From Saprospirales bacterium (GTDB lineage: Bacteria > Bacteroidota > Bacteroidia > Chitinophagales > UBA8649), in the NCBI GenBank assembly GCA_002708985.1, contig PAPS01000018.1, forward strand, positions 263-64,262: 64,000 nt of DNA, given 5' to 3'. Positions within the stretch are counted from its first letter, which is position 1; every line of letters begins with the position of its first letter. Both the position numbers and the translations under genes were made by a program. Below are positions 1 to 8,249 of the stretch, piece by piece. The notes beneath the pieces were generated by a model. The model made no database searches, was not told the DNA's origin, and saw only the letters and a program-made list of their open reading frames with translations.

Positions 1-257
1 TGGCTCAACACCGCAAACTACAAAATCCTCTTTCAAAAACAACTTGCCATCTCTATACAATTCGATAAATCCCCCCCCTCAAATTTTAAACTATTGCAGT
101 CGAGGCAACCGACATTGATACAGCATTCTCCTGCTCCCCCATTGTATTGCTTTATAGCGAGTATAGCCTTGTAATTGGAGTTGGTGTATTCCTACTTTTT
201 ATACTATACTTGAAGATAGGATTAGTTTAAAAAACCTTCTATAAACTGAAATATTTC

Positions 258-274
258 TATGTTAAAAAGTGATT
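258..274 (+). repeat. 17-nt exact direct repeat, copy A (tatgttaaaaagtgatt); copy B is at 3660..3676
   Basis: Identical 17-mer read at both positions. It lies 70 nt upstream of the 328 ATG and 76 nt upstream of the 3736 ATG. Confidence 0.6.
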
Positions 275-288
275 TCTGTGTATCACTT
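267..288. promoter_or_regulatory. Perfect inverted repeat AAGTGAT-N8-ATCACTT (possible operator or hairpin) upstream of the first surface-protein gene
   Basis: Arms 267..273 and 282..288 are exact reverse complements. The repeat overlaps the 17-nt repeat copy A. Confidence 0.35.
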
Positions 289-294
289 TAGGAG

Positions 295-302
295 TATTTT
301 TG
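295..302 (+). promoter_or_regulatory. Candidate Bacteroidota -7 promoter box TAttTTTG
   Basis: tatttttg matches the TAnnTTTG consensus and ends 26 nt before the ATG at 328. A TTTc (273..276) sits 18 nt upstream as an imperfect -33 TTTG. Confidence 0.35.
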
Positions 303-327
303 GTATGTTTCTAACAGAAAATTTTCA

Positions 328-804
328 ATGAAAACACTCTTTACCCTATTTGTTGCTTGTCTGATGCTACATTCAGTCAACGCACAGTCGAATATTGTTG
401 CTGGAGGAGGAGATGCTACTAGTGCAACAGGTAGTGTAAGCTACTCTATTGGGCAAATCGATTTTCAGTATAGTTCTTCAGCTGATTATTCTGTTTCTGA
501 AGGTGTCCAACAGACCTATTCCTTTGATACGGCATTGTCTATTGATGACATTCAATACGACTTTCAACTTTCTATTTGGCCTAACCCATCGGCAGATGAG
601 ATGAATCTAGAGTTCACTACCAACTATGAATTGCCTTTGTCATTGACAGTAACTGATGTAAAAGGAGCTATCGTTGCTTCTAAGTCAGTAACTCAAGGTC
701 AATACTCCTTTGATGTGAATACATGGGCAGCAGGAACCTACTATGTCAACTTAAATGATGGAGAGGCTGTAAGTATTATTAAACCAATTATCATAAACAG
801 ATAA
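328..804 (+). CDS. Small secreted protein with a T9SS type-A C-terminal sorting domain
   Basis: Signal peptide MKTLFTLFVACLMLHSVNAQ. The C-terminal ~80 aa (LSIWPNPSADEMNLEF...GTYYVNL...) look like a Por/T9SS sorting domain. The N-terminal part carries a GGG..S.TGSVSYSIGQ...GVQQ motif. Confidence 0.6.
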   Translation: MKTLFTLFVACLMLHSVNAQSNIVAGGGDATSATGSVSYSIGQIDFQYSSSADYSVSEGVQQTYSFDTALSIDDIQYDFQLSIWPNPSADEMNLEFTTNYELPLSLTVTDVKGAIVASKSVTQGQYSFDVNTWAAGTYYVNLNDGEAVSIIKPIIINR

Positions 805-806
805 CA

Positions 807-1380
807 ATGAAAAGAATTCTAACAATTGTAGGAGCCATTTTTATGGCATATAGTGCAATGGCTCAGGCACCTGAGCGAATGACCTATCAGGCAGTAGTTC
901 GTGATGCTCAAAATGAGATAGTAGCTAATCAAGGCGTAAGTGTTGAGGTAAGCATAACACAGACCACAGTATCAGGAACAGTTGTTTTTGAGGAACGTCA
1001 TAGTCCGTCAACTAATGTAAATGGCTTATTTACCATTAGTTTAGGAACAGGAACTCCACTATCAGGGTCTCTAGGCTCTATAGATTGGTCTCAAGGTCCA
1101 TACTTCGTAAACTCAAACATTGACCCAACTGGAGGAAGTAATTACTCGATACAGGCCAGTACGCAACTCGTAAGTGTGCCCTATGCCATGTATGCCGAGG
1201 CTGCAGGAAGTATAGCAAATATTGACGTATACCTACAGAATAATGCTTCTTTCGATAATGCGGTAACTAACATTATCAATAGTCTAGGTCTCTCTAATCC
1301 TGTAATTGATGCTTCTATAAGTAACGATTCATTGTTTCTAAGTTTAGGCGATGGAAGTACTGTTAATGTAGGATTCATTG
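807..1380 (+). repeat. Shared N-terminal module, copy 1 (paralogous to 2585..3150)
   Basis: The first ~130 nt are almost identical between copies. I estimate ~75% protein identity over ~185 aa by eye ([24 protein letters not shown]...TQLVSVPY...[14 protein letters not shown]). Confidence 0.85.
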
Positions 1381-2576
1381 GAGGTGGAGGTGCTGGAGGT
1401 AGTGATGACCAAAACCTAACTTCTGCAGTTTTAAGTGGAGGTCTGTTAACCCTCAGCATTGAAAATGGAAACAGCGTAACAGTTGACCTCAGTTCTCTTT
1501 CGGCAGGAAATACAATTCCTAATGGAGTATCTCAGGGTGATTTGTTGTATTGGAACGGAAGTTCATGGGTTGTTTTAGGTATTGGTAATGAAGGTGAAAA
1601 CCTTACTATCTGTGGTGGTATTCCTCAATGGACTGATGGGCCATTTTGCACCCCCACTGTGATAATTGACTCTTTGTTTGAGGTCAGTGGTTCTGCTGCT
1701 AAAGTTGCGGCTACAATTCAGAATCAAGGAGCTTCTGCGGTAACCTCTAGAGGACTTTGCTATAGCACCTCTCCCTTGCCGAGCTTATCTAGCAATGTGC
1801 TTGCTAACGGAAATGGCCTAGGAAGCTTTGTAGATACAATTTTAGGGCTTAATCAAGGTGTTGTATACTATGTGCGTGCATATGCAACAAATGGCTCAGG
1901 AACGGCTTACAGTGCAGAACGAGCGTTTGTGGCAGGTATTGACCCGAATCCATCCAACTTTACCTGTGGAGATACTGTACAGGATATAGATGGTAATGAC
2001 TATCCTACCGTCCAAATTGGGAATCAGTGTTGGTTTGCGAAAAATCTAATGACGACAAGATATAATGATGGTACGGATATTCAATATAACAGTAGCAGTT
2101 CCCTGTCTACGACTATCCCGGAGTGGGGTTACGCAAACCGAGATGCGATAAACAATTTCGAGTTTGGTAAATTGTATAATGCTTCGGTCTTGGATTCTTC
2201 ACTTTCAATTTCGAGGAATGTTTGCCCTACGGGTTGGCACGTTCCCTCTGTACTTGAATTTGATGCCCTTGTCTCATATGCGGTTTCAACAGGTGTAACC
2301 TCCTCCCAAGTTGGGCGAAGTCTAAGGTCAGCTTCTGGTTGGAATTCCAGCAGTGGATATACAGGAACGGATGATTTTGGTTTTTCATGGAAAGGTTCAG
2401 GTACTGTAGGTCTTGGGAATACCTCCAATTTGCGTCAGAGCGGCGTGATTTGGACTTCAACAGCGTCTTCCTCTACAGCATACTTCCGAAAGTCTACAGC
2501 ATACTCTAGTAACACAGTATCTCAAGGTACAGGTTCAGGGTCTGTAGGTTTTTCTATACGTTGCATTCAAGACTAG
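807..2576 (+). CDS. Surface-fibre-like protein with a C-terminal Fibrobacter succinogenes major paralogous (FISUMP) lectin-like domain
   Basis: Signal peptide [27 protein letters not shown] signature [22 protein letters not shown]...CPTGWHVPS...GFSIRCIQD. The first ~190 aa are shared with the next gene. Confidence 0.7.
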   Translation: MKRILTIVGAIFMAYSAMAQAPERMTYQAVVRDAQNEIVANQGVSVEVSITQTTVSGTVVFEERHSPSTNVNGLFTISLGTGTPLSGSLGSIDWSQGPYFVNSNIDPTGGSNYSIQASTQLVSVPYAMYAEAAGSIANIDVYLQNNASFDNAVTNIINSLGLSNPVIDASISNDSLFLSLGDGSTVNVGFIGGGGAGGSDDQNLTSAVLSGGLLTLSIENGNSVTVDLSSLSAGNTIPNGVSQGDLLYWNGSSWVVLGIGNEGENLTICGGIPQWTDGPFCTPTVIIDSLFEVSGSAAKVAATIQNQGASAVTSRGLCYSTSPLPSLSSNVLANGNGLGSFVDTILGLNQGVVYYVRAYATNGSGTAYSAERAFVAGIDPNPSNFTCGDTVQDIDGNDYPTVQIGNQCWFAKNLMTTRYNDGTDIQYNSSSSLSTTIPEWGYANRDAINNFEFGKLYNASVLDSSLSISRNVCPTGWHVPSVLEFDALVSYAVSTGVTSSQVGRSLRSASGWNSSSGYTGTDDFGFSWKGSGTVGLGNTSNLRQSGVIWTSTASSSTAYFRKSTAYSSNTVSQGTGSGSVGFSIRCIQD

Positions 2577-2584
2577 TTTTAACA

Positions 2585-3150
2585 ATGAAAAGAATTCTAA
2601 CAATAGCAGGAGCCATATTTATGGCATATAGTGCAATGGCTCAGGCACCTGAGCGAATGACTTACCAAGCAGTGGTTCGGGATGCTCAAAATGAGATAGT
2701 AGCTAATCAAGGCGTTACGTTTGAAGTGAGTATATCACAGACCAGTGCAACTGGAACTGTAGTGTTTATGGAGAGTCATAGCCCGATAACTAATGTAAAC
2801 GGATTGTTTACAGTCGTTCTAGGTACAGGTATTCCAGTAACGGGTTCTTTAGGAACTATTGACTGGTCTCAAGGTCCATACTTTTTGAACTCTACAGTTA
2901 AGACAGCAGGTAGCATTATTCAAGGAAGTACACAACTTGTGAGCGTTCCTTACTCGTTTTATGCTGAGTCAGCAGGGAGCATAGCAAACATTGATGTATA
3001 TCTACAGAATAATGCATATTTCGATACTGCAGTTACTAATGTTGTAAACAACTTAGGCATATCCAATCCAGTAGTAGGAGGGAGTGTAATAAATGATTCA
3101 TTGATTCTTACACTGAATGATGGAACAACGATTAATGCAGGACTTGCACA
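2585..3150 (+). repeat. Shared N-terminal module, copy 2 (paralogous to 807..1380)
   Basis: Same as copy 1. Even the aacaatgaaaagaattctaacaat stretch spanning the start codon is identical between copies. Confidence 0.85.
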
Positions 3151-3655
3151 AGGCCCACAGGGTCCTGCGGGAGCAGATGGACAGGATGGAGCACAAGGTC
3201 CTCAAGGAGTGGCAGGTCCACAAGGTCCAGCGGGAGCTGATGGCCAAGATGGAGCCCAGGGTCCCCAAGGAGTAGCAGGTCCTCAAGGTCCCCAAGGAGT
3301 AGCAGGTCCACAGGGCCCAGCGGGAAGTTCTAGTTCTAATCAAGTTTCAAGTTGCCTTGATTGCTTTACGGAAATTTCCACATTAAGAGGTAGTATGACA
3401 TGGAGTGATTGCAGAGACACATGTAAAAACTTTGCTTTTGCAGGTAACAATGATTGGAGATTACCTACAATGAATGAAGTTATGGTTTACATCACAACCA
3501 TGAATGTTCCAGACGTATGGAGTCAGGTGCATACAATGTCACCAATTTGGTCAAATGGCAATTATGGTCTTGCCGTTGTTTGGGAGAATAATGGAAAAAT
3601 AACAAATTATCAAGCTCTACAATCTTATAACACTCAATGTCGCTGTGTTAGATAG
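2585..3655 (+). CDS. Surface-fibre-like protein with a collagen-like triple-helix repeat and a DUF1566/Lcl-C-like C-terminal domain
   Basis: Start moved to [10 protein letters not shown], because the track ORF start at 2561 lies inside the previous gene. There are 19 GXY triplets. The C-terminus [12 protein letters not shown]...CRCVR is typical of DUF1566. Confidence 0.7.
   Translation: MKRILTIAGAIFMAYSAMAQAPERMTYQAVVRDAQNEIVANQGVTFEVSISQTSATGTVVFMESHSPITNVNGLFTVVLGTGIPVTGSLGTIDWSQGPYFLNSTVKTAGSIIQGSTQLVSVPYSFYAESAGSIANIDVYLQNNAYFDTAVTNVVNNLGISNPVVGGSVINDSLILTLNDGTTINAGLAQGPQGPAGADGQDGAQGPQGVAGPQGPAGADGQDGAQGPQGVAGPQGPQGVAGPQGPAGSSSSNQVSSCLDCFTEISTLRGSMTWSDCRDTCKNFAFAGNNDWRLPTMNEVMVYITTMNVPDVWSQVHTMSPIWSNGNYGLAVVWENNGKITNYQALQSYNTQCRCVR
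3152..3325 (+). repeat. Collagen-like GXY coding repeat: two 63-nt tandem units (3161..3223, 3224..3286) plus partial units
   Basis: [58 protein letters not shown]. The two 63-nt units encode identical peptides. Confidence 0.9.
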
Positions 3656-3659
3656 GGTT

Positions 3660-3676
3660 TATGTTAAAAAGTGATT
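3660..3676 (+). repeat. 17-nt exact direct repeat, copy B (tatgttaaaaagtgatt)
   Basis: Identical to 258..274. It lies just after the stop of the collagen-like gene and upstream of the next ORF. Confidence 0.6.
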
Positions 3677-3759
3677 AGTATGTCTCTTCTCTACGCATTT
3701 TTTATATCTTAAATACACTCTAAAAGTGGAATCTTATGAAATAAATTCTTTTACCTTTC

Positions 3760-4230
3760 TTGCTTACATGTGCCACCTTGTATACGGGGTATTCTCAGTC
3801 GAAATCGCAAACCATTGAGTTTATTCACAGCTACTGTGGTAAAGGAGTTGGTCAGGTTTTAAACAAGGTCAATGAGTATGGCGATTATGAATTGAGACAA
3901 GTTCAAATCAATCTTTCAGGAAGCTATGAGATATATCAATGGGGAACCTTTTTGGGAGAAGAGGAGACGACTACATTTTCAGGGTATCTTAAAAACTTGG
4001 ACCCATCTTCTGTAAAAATAGAGAAGACTTGGGGAGGGAATTGGATAGTACTTGTAGATTGTACTAACAATAAAGAGTGTGTTGCCCAAGTCACTGTTCC
4101 CTCAAACCGCAGGGCTCAAAGTTTTCGTACATGTTTTGGTATTTTTCGCACTACGACGGAAGCCAATAAGGTCAGGGATGCTCTTAAACACCTTATTACT
4201 CTTTTTGGAGGTAAGAAATCACTCTTTTAA
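3760..4230 (+). CDS. Hypothetical protein; possibly a disrupted secreted protein (in-frame ATG AAA TAA at 3736..3744 precedes it)
   Basis: The ORF opens with TTG. Reading the same frame from ATG 3736 gives MK*ILLPFLLTCATLYTGYSQ, a signal peptide interrupted at codon 3. No family recognised. Confidence 0.45.
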   Translation: MLTCATLYTGYSQSKSQTIEFIHSYCGKGVGQVLNKVNEYGDYELRQVQINLSGSYEIYQWGTFLGEEETTTFSGYLKNLDPSSVKIEKTWGGNWIVLVDCTNNKECVAQVTVPSNRRAQSFRTCFGIFRTTTEANKVRDALKHLITLFGGKKSLF

Positions 4231-4285
4231 CTTGATGGAATTGTAGTACCATCTTAATCATTGAAGAACATTTTATCTAAAAACT

Positions 4286-4492
4286 ATGAAAAACTTACTT
4301 TTTTGTCTCCTGCTATCGCTATTTGCGGTAATATCTTGCCAAGATGCGTCATCTTCCATTAGCACAAAAATGAGCGATACCCAAGAGGACTGTTGTAAAA
4401 TATGTGTAAAGGGGAAAGCTTGTGGTGACTCCTGTATCAATAAGACCTACAACTGCACTAAGCCTAAAGGATGTGCATGTAATGGGTACTAG
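4286..4492 (+). CDS. Small Cys-rich lipoprotein (possible metal or disulfide module)
   Basis: Signal peptide plus lipobox (LFAVISC). There are 8 Cys in the last 33 aa (DCCKICVKGKACGDSCINKTYNCTKPKGCACNGY). Confidence 0.55.
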   Translation: MKNLLFCLLLSLFAVISCQDASSSISTKMSDTQEDCCKICVKGKACGDSCINKTYNCTKPKGCACNGY

Positions 4493-4521
4493 ATATTAAG
4501 ACTACGGAATTTGATATTTTC

Positions 4522-4818
4522 CTATTTATCTGTATTCCGTTCTTTACATAGTCTCTCTAATTCCTCGCATCGTTCTATTGCAGCATAACCATGTGATTCA
4601 CTCTCATACGGTCCATACTGCTCAAAATCATCTATATCTCCACCGAATTGGTCTACACCAACTACCCTGTATATCTCAATCCAATAATATTCTCCATCCC
4701 CATCAAGAAAAACTTCTTGCCCTGATAGTTTACAGCTGCATGTCTCAGTTCTGTCTTGACTGCTACATGAGGTGCATACTATAACTATCAGTAAGAAGTA
4801 TACAGAAATATTTTTCAT
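4522..4818 (-). CDS. Small hypothetical lipoprotein
   Basis: Start moved to MKNISVYFLLIVIVCTSCSS (lipobox). No family recognised. Confidence 0.45.
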   Translation of the reverse strand: MKNISVYFLLIVIVCTSCSSQDRTETCSCKLSGQEVFLDGDGEYYWIEIYRVVGVDQFGGDIDDFEQYGPYESESHGYAAIERCEELERLCKERNTDK

Positions 4819-5014
4819 TATTCTAAGATAATGCATGTGTTACATGAAGTCAATATAACCTCCCCCTACCGCGTGTAGAGTGTGTGAGGTATCCCCCTAA
4901 CCCAGTTTTTGAGGGGTTTATGGTCTCTCCAATTTCAAGATTCCCATAACTATAGATAATTACTAATAAGGGCAAAGTGAATGTTTTGTGTCAAAACTTT
5001 CACGAATAATTTCA

Positions 5015-5073
5015 CTACTGCTTATTTATGGCATACATTGACTTGATTGTCAATGTTTTGTGAAAATAAGTAG
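5015..5073 (-). other. Bipartite stem-loop immediately 3' of tRNA-Arg (possible tRNA terminator or structured element)
   Basis: Inner stem cattgac/gtcaatg (5036..5042 with 5049..5055). Outer stem cttattt/aaataag (5021..5027 with 5064..5070), plus cta/tag. Confidence 0.3.
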
Positions 5074-5147
5074 TGACCCAGGGAGGATTCGAACCCCCAA
5101 CCCTCAGAGCCGAAATCTGATATTCTATCCAGTTGAACTACTGGGCC
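5074..5147 (-). tRNA. tRNA-Arg, anticodon TCG
   Basis: Hand-folded cloverleaf. Acceptor GGCCCAG/CTGGGTC (one GU pair). D-arm GTTC..GAAT. Anticodon stem TCAGA/TCTGA with loop TTTCGGC. T-arm GGGGG-TTCGAAT-CCTCC. Discriminator A, CCA not encoded. Confidence 0.9.
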
Positions 5148-5202
5148 AGTGGATGTTGAAGATACATCAATTATTATGGACTACATAGAAGGATCTACCA
5201 AC

Positions 5203-5228
5203 AAAAAACGCCCCATAACGGGGCGTTT
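5203..5228 (-). terminator. Rho-independent terminator of mdh
   Basis: The minus strand reads aaacgcccc-gttat-ggggcgttt followed by a T-run, 25 nt after the mdh stop. Confidence 0.7.
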
Positions 5229-5252
5229 AATTCTTACTCCTAAAACACTTTA

Positions 5253-6188
5253 TTAGAAGAGTTTCATATTGTCGAGTACAGCCATAACCTCTTTGACGTG
5301 ATTTGCACTGCCTTCAACCATCGCTTTCTCCTCATCATTAAGATCAAGTTCGATGATTTTTTTGATGCCTTCCTTACCCAATACAACAGGGGCACCTAGA
5401 TAGATATTGTGTAAACCATACTCTCCGGTCAACCAAGCGCAACACGGGAAGATGCGTTGTTCGTCTTTCATAATGGCATCTACCATTTGGGCTGCTGCGG
5501 CACCAGGAGCATACCATGCTGAGGTACCGAGAAGTTGAACGATTTCGCCTCCTCCCTTCTTTGTGCGATTCACAATAGCTTCTAACTTATCGGCTGCTAC
5601 AAACTCCGTTACAGGAATTCCACCTACCGTAGTATATCTAGTTAATGGAGCCATCGTATCCCCGTGGCCACCCATAAGCACTGCTTGAATGTCTTTTGGT
5701 GAGCAACCGATTTCGTCGGCCAAGAAAGCTTTGTAACGAGCCGTATCAAGAATACCTGCCATACCGAAAACTTTACGGTGGTCGACCTTAGCAGCGAGGT
5801 AAGCGCAATACGTCATAACATCTAGAGGATTGGCTACTACGATAATAATGGCATTGGGAGAGGCACCAATGACTTGTTCTGTAACACTTTTAACAATGTT
5901 TGCATTTGTAGAGATTAAGTCGTCGCGGCTCATGCCGGGCTTTCTTGGCATACCGGAAGTGATAACAACGATATCAGAGTCTGCTGTTGCTCCATAGTCG
6001 TTAGTTGCCCCAACGGTTTTAGTCGAGTAGTTCAGAACGGCGGCCGTTTCCCAAATGTCGAGTGCCTTACCTTCGGCAAAACCATCCTTGATATCGAGTA
6101 GGACTACTTCTTTTGCTACATCATAATTTGCGAGTACGTTTGCGCATGTTGCGCCTACATTGCCGGCGCCAATAACAGATACTTTCAT
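5253..6188 (-). CDS. mdh: Malate dehydrogenase (LDH-like family)
   Basis: MKVSVIGAGNVGATCA Rossmann motif. Also GMPRKPGMSRDDL and GGHGDTM. Confidence 0.95.
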   Translation of the reverse strand: MKVSVIGAGNVGATCANVLANYDVAKEVVLLDIKDGFAEGKALDIWETAAVLNYSTKTVGATNDYGATADSDIVVITSGMPRKPGMSRDDLISTNANIVKSVTEQVIGASPNAIIIVVANPLDVMTYCAYLAAKVDHRKVFGMAGILDTARYKAFLADEIGCSPKDIQAVLMGGHGDTMAPLTRYTTVGGIPVTEFVAADKLEAIVNRTKKGGGEIVQLLGTSAWYAPGAAAAQMVDAIMKDEQRIFPCCAWLTGEYGLHNIYLGAPVVLGKEGIKKIIELDLNDEEKAMVEGSANHVKEVMAVLDNMKLF

Positions 6189-6298
6189 TTTAGTTCAATT
6201 TTGGAACAAATATCTACAATTATTGACTGTTTATGTCAAGACGATTATGCACAATTTCTTAATTTAAAGTAAAGATTTACGTATTTAATCCACTTTTC

Positions 6299-8242
6299 AT
6301 GAGGTTTCTTCTATTAAGCGCTCTAGTGCTGTTAATCAATCAGTTGTCTTTTGCTCAGCCCTGCGGTACGGTTTGGACCGAACAAGACCAGCTTGAACAT
6401 TTAGAGCGATTACAGACGATGCGCGCGAATCCTCAACCGAGGGCAGACATCGATTATGTGGTCCCCATTTTTTATCACATTATCGGCGATGATAATGGCA
6501 ATGGATATTTCTCTCAAGATGATCTCTGGCGATTGCATTGTGAGCTCAATGAAGACTTTGAGACCTTAGGCATACAGTTTTACATTTTTGATACAAACTA
6601 TACGGCGAGTAATAACTTCTATTACTACGAGCAGTCAAATGCGGGGAGTACCATGTTCAATACATTAAATGCTAGTAATGTGGTCAATGTATACATTACA
6701 GAAGCAGCTAGTAGTGGCGGCTCAGTCGTTTGTGGCTACTACAGCGGTTGGCCAAGCGGAGGGGGAGTAGTAGTCAACAAAAGTTGTAGTGGATTAGGAA
6801 GTACAACACTAACCCATGAGATGGGACATTATTTTGGATTACCCCACACATTTTCGGGTTGGGAAGGACGTGACTATGACACCAATCCCATTTCAGTAAA
6901 TAACTGGGAGCGTGTGAATGGATCGAATTGTTCGTCTGCAGCAGATGGTTTTTGTGATACGCCTCCAGATTACGAATCTGGCCGATGGGCGTGTTCGCCT
7001 GGTCCTACCTTTGCCGATCCTAATGGGGTAGATTTTATTCCGGATGCAACCCTCTTTATGTCATATTCATTGGATAATTGTCAAAATCGATTTAGTCTTG
7101 AGCAGCAAGCCTATGTCAGCTACGTGCTTACAGACTTTAGACCTAATCTCCTGAATTGGCAGATTCCTGATACAACATACTTTACGGCTGCAAATGGCAT
7201 TTACCCCATAAACAATGACAATCAAGTCAATACTGATGTTACTCTTGTATGGCCCAAGGTAGATGGTGCAGAGAGCTATCTGCTTCAAGTCACAACAACA
7301 AACTTTTTTAGTCCATTTATAGAGGTCATGGTCGAGGATACAATGTATGCACTATCTAATCTTAATTTATTGACAACATACCGTTGGCGAACAAAGCCAA
7401 TTAGTTTTGGAAACACATGCTCACCATACAGTGACGGAGATGTATTTAGAACAGCAGGATATGAGGCAAATCTTGATTTGACGAGTCCATCATGTGTTGG
7501 ATCTGATGGCGCGGCTTCTGTTACGACGAGTGGAGGTGGATCAGTGATATTTAATTGGTCTGCTGAAAATCCCGTAATCGATGCTCAGATTGGTGGTATT
7601 CTTACCAATTCAGTAAACAATCTACCAGAGGGTGACTACACGGTTACAGCTATCCGAAATCTTACTGACACCTTAGTAATGCCTTTTTATCTTGAGGCTG
7701 GTAATGATTTACAGATTACCATTATTCCTACAGCAGATTCTTTAGTAGCCACTGCTTCAGGAGGTGATGCGCCATATTACTTCAACTGGAATGATGGCTT
7801 GGATTATGGCACCGGTACTACACGCTTACGCATCGGAATTAACACCATCTCCGTATTTGATAATGTGGGTTGTCAGTATTCGACGACTTTCTTTTATTAT
7901 CCAGATTCTGTCTTGACTTATCCGAGTAACGGTAGTACAAATACGATTAACAACTTCGTATTTAATGGTGACTTGGTTAATACCTACAGCTTGGATTTAT
8001 TGGAGTCTTTAATATCAATTTATCCTGTACCTGCCGCAGGCAACTCGTTAGTAATGAGGTGGTCAGGGTCTATGGATGGTGCTTCTTACACTGTGGTGGA
8101 TGCCTTAGGTCGTGAGATGCTCAAGGGGTCCCTTAATGAACCTTCAGTTGTATTGGATCTAGAATCGATTCAGCCCGGGGTTTATCATGTTATCATTGAT
8201 CTTAATGGTCAGCAGGTTAGCAAAGTATTCTTGCGGCAATAG
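6299..8242 (+). CDS. Secreted zinc metalloprotease (M43/pappalysin-like) with a T9SS sorting domain
   Basis: Signal peptide, HEMGHYFGLPHTF zinc motif, and C-terminal IYPVPAAGNSL...GVYHVIIDLNG T9SS-type domain. Confidence 0.8.
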   Translation: MRFLLLSALVLLINQLSFAQPCGTVWTEQDQLEHLERLQTMRANPQPRADIDYVVPIFYHIIGDDNGNGYFSQDDLWRLHCELNEDFETLGIQFYIFDTNYTASNNFYYYEQSNAGSTMFNTLNASNVVNVYITEAASSGGSVVCGYYSGWPSGGGVVVNKSCSGLGSTTLTHEMGHYFGLPHTFSGWEGRDYDTNPISVNNWERVNGSNCSSAADGFCDTPPDYESGRWACSPGPTFADPNGVDFIPDATLFMSYSLDNCQNRFSLEQQAYVSYVLTDFRPNLLNWQIPDTTYFTAANGIYPINNDNQVNTDVTLVWPKVDGAESYLLQVTTTNFFSPFIEVMVEDTMYALSNLNLLTTYRWRTKPISFGNTCSPYSDGDVFRTAGYEANLDLTSPSCVGSDGAASVTTSGGGSVIFNWSAENPVIDAQIGGILTNSVNNLPEGDYTVTAIRNLTDTLVMPFYLEAGNDLQITIIPTADSLVATASGGDAPYYFNWNDGLDYGTGTTRLRIGINTISVFDNVGCQYSTTFFYYPDSVLTYPSNGSTNTINNFVFNGDLVNTYSLDLLESLISIYPVPAAGNSLVMRWSGSMDGASYTVVDALGREMLKGSLNEPSVVLDLESIQPGVYHVIIDLNGQQVSKVFLRQ

Positions 8243-8249
8243 CTGTTCG

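Noticed and set aside
1-173. Open reading frame running in from the left edge (frame 1, stop at 171..173) that could be the C-terminus of an upstream gene.
   Set aside because: The 57 translated residues show no recognisable domain or T9SS tail. Without the upstream sequence it cannot be supported.
3152-3325. Regularly spaced short repeats that might suggest a CRISPR-like array.
   Set aside because: The periodicity is 9 nt (GXY codons) within an intact ORF. There are no spacers and no cas genes, so this is a collagen-like coding repeat.
2130-3655. Possible diversity-generating retroelement (DGR) targets, because FISUMP/DUF1566 lectin-like C-termini are typical DGR variable-protein folds.
   Set aside because: I found no reverse-transcriptase ORF and no template repeat, meaning no second near-identical copy of either gene's 3' end, anywhere in the window. 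The 3656..3735 spacer is too short to hold one.
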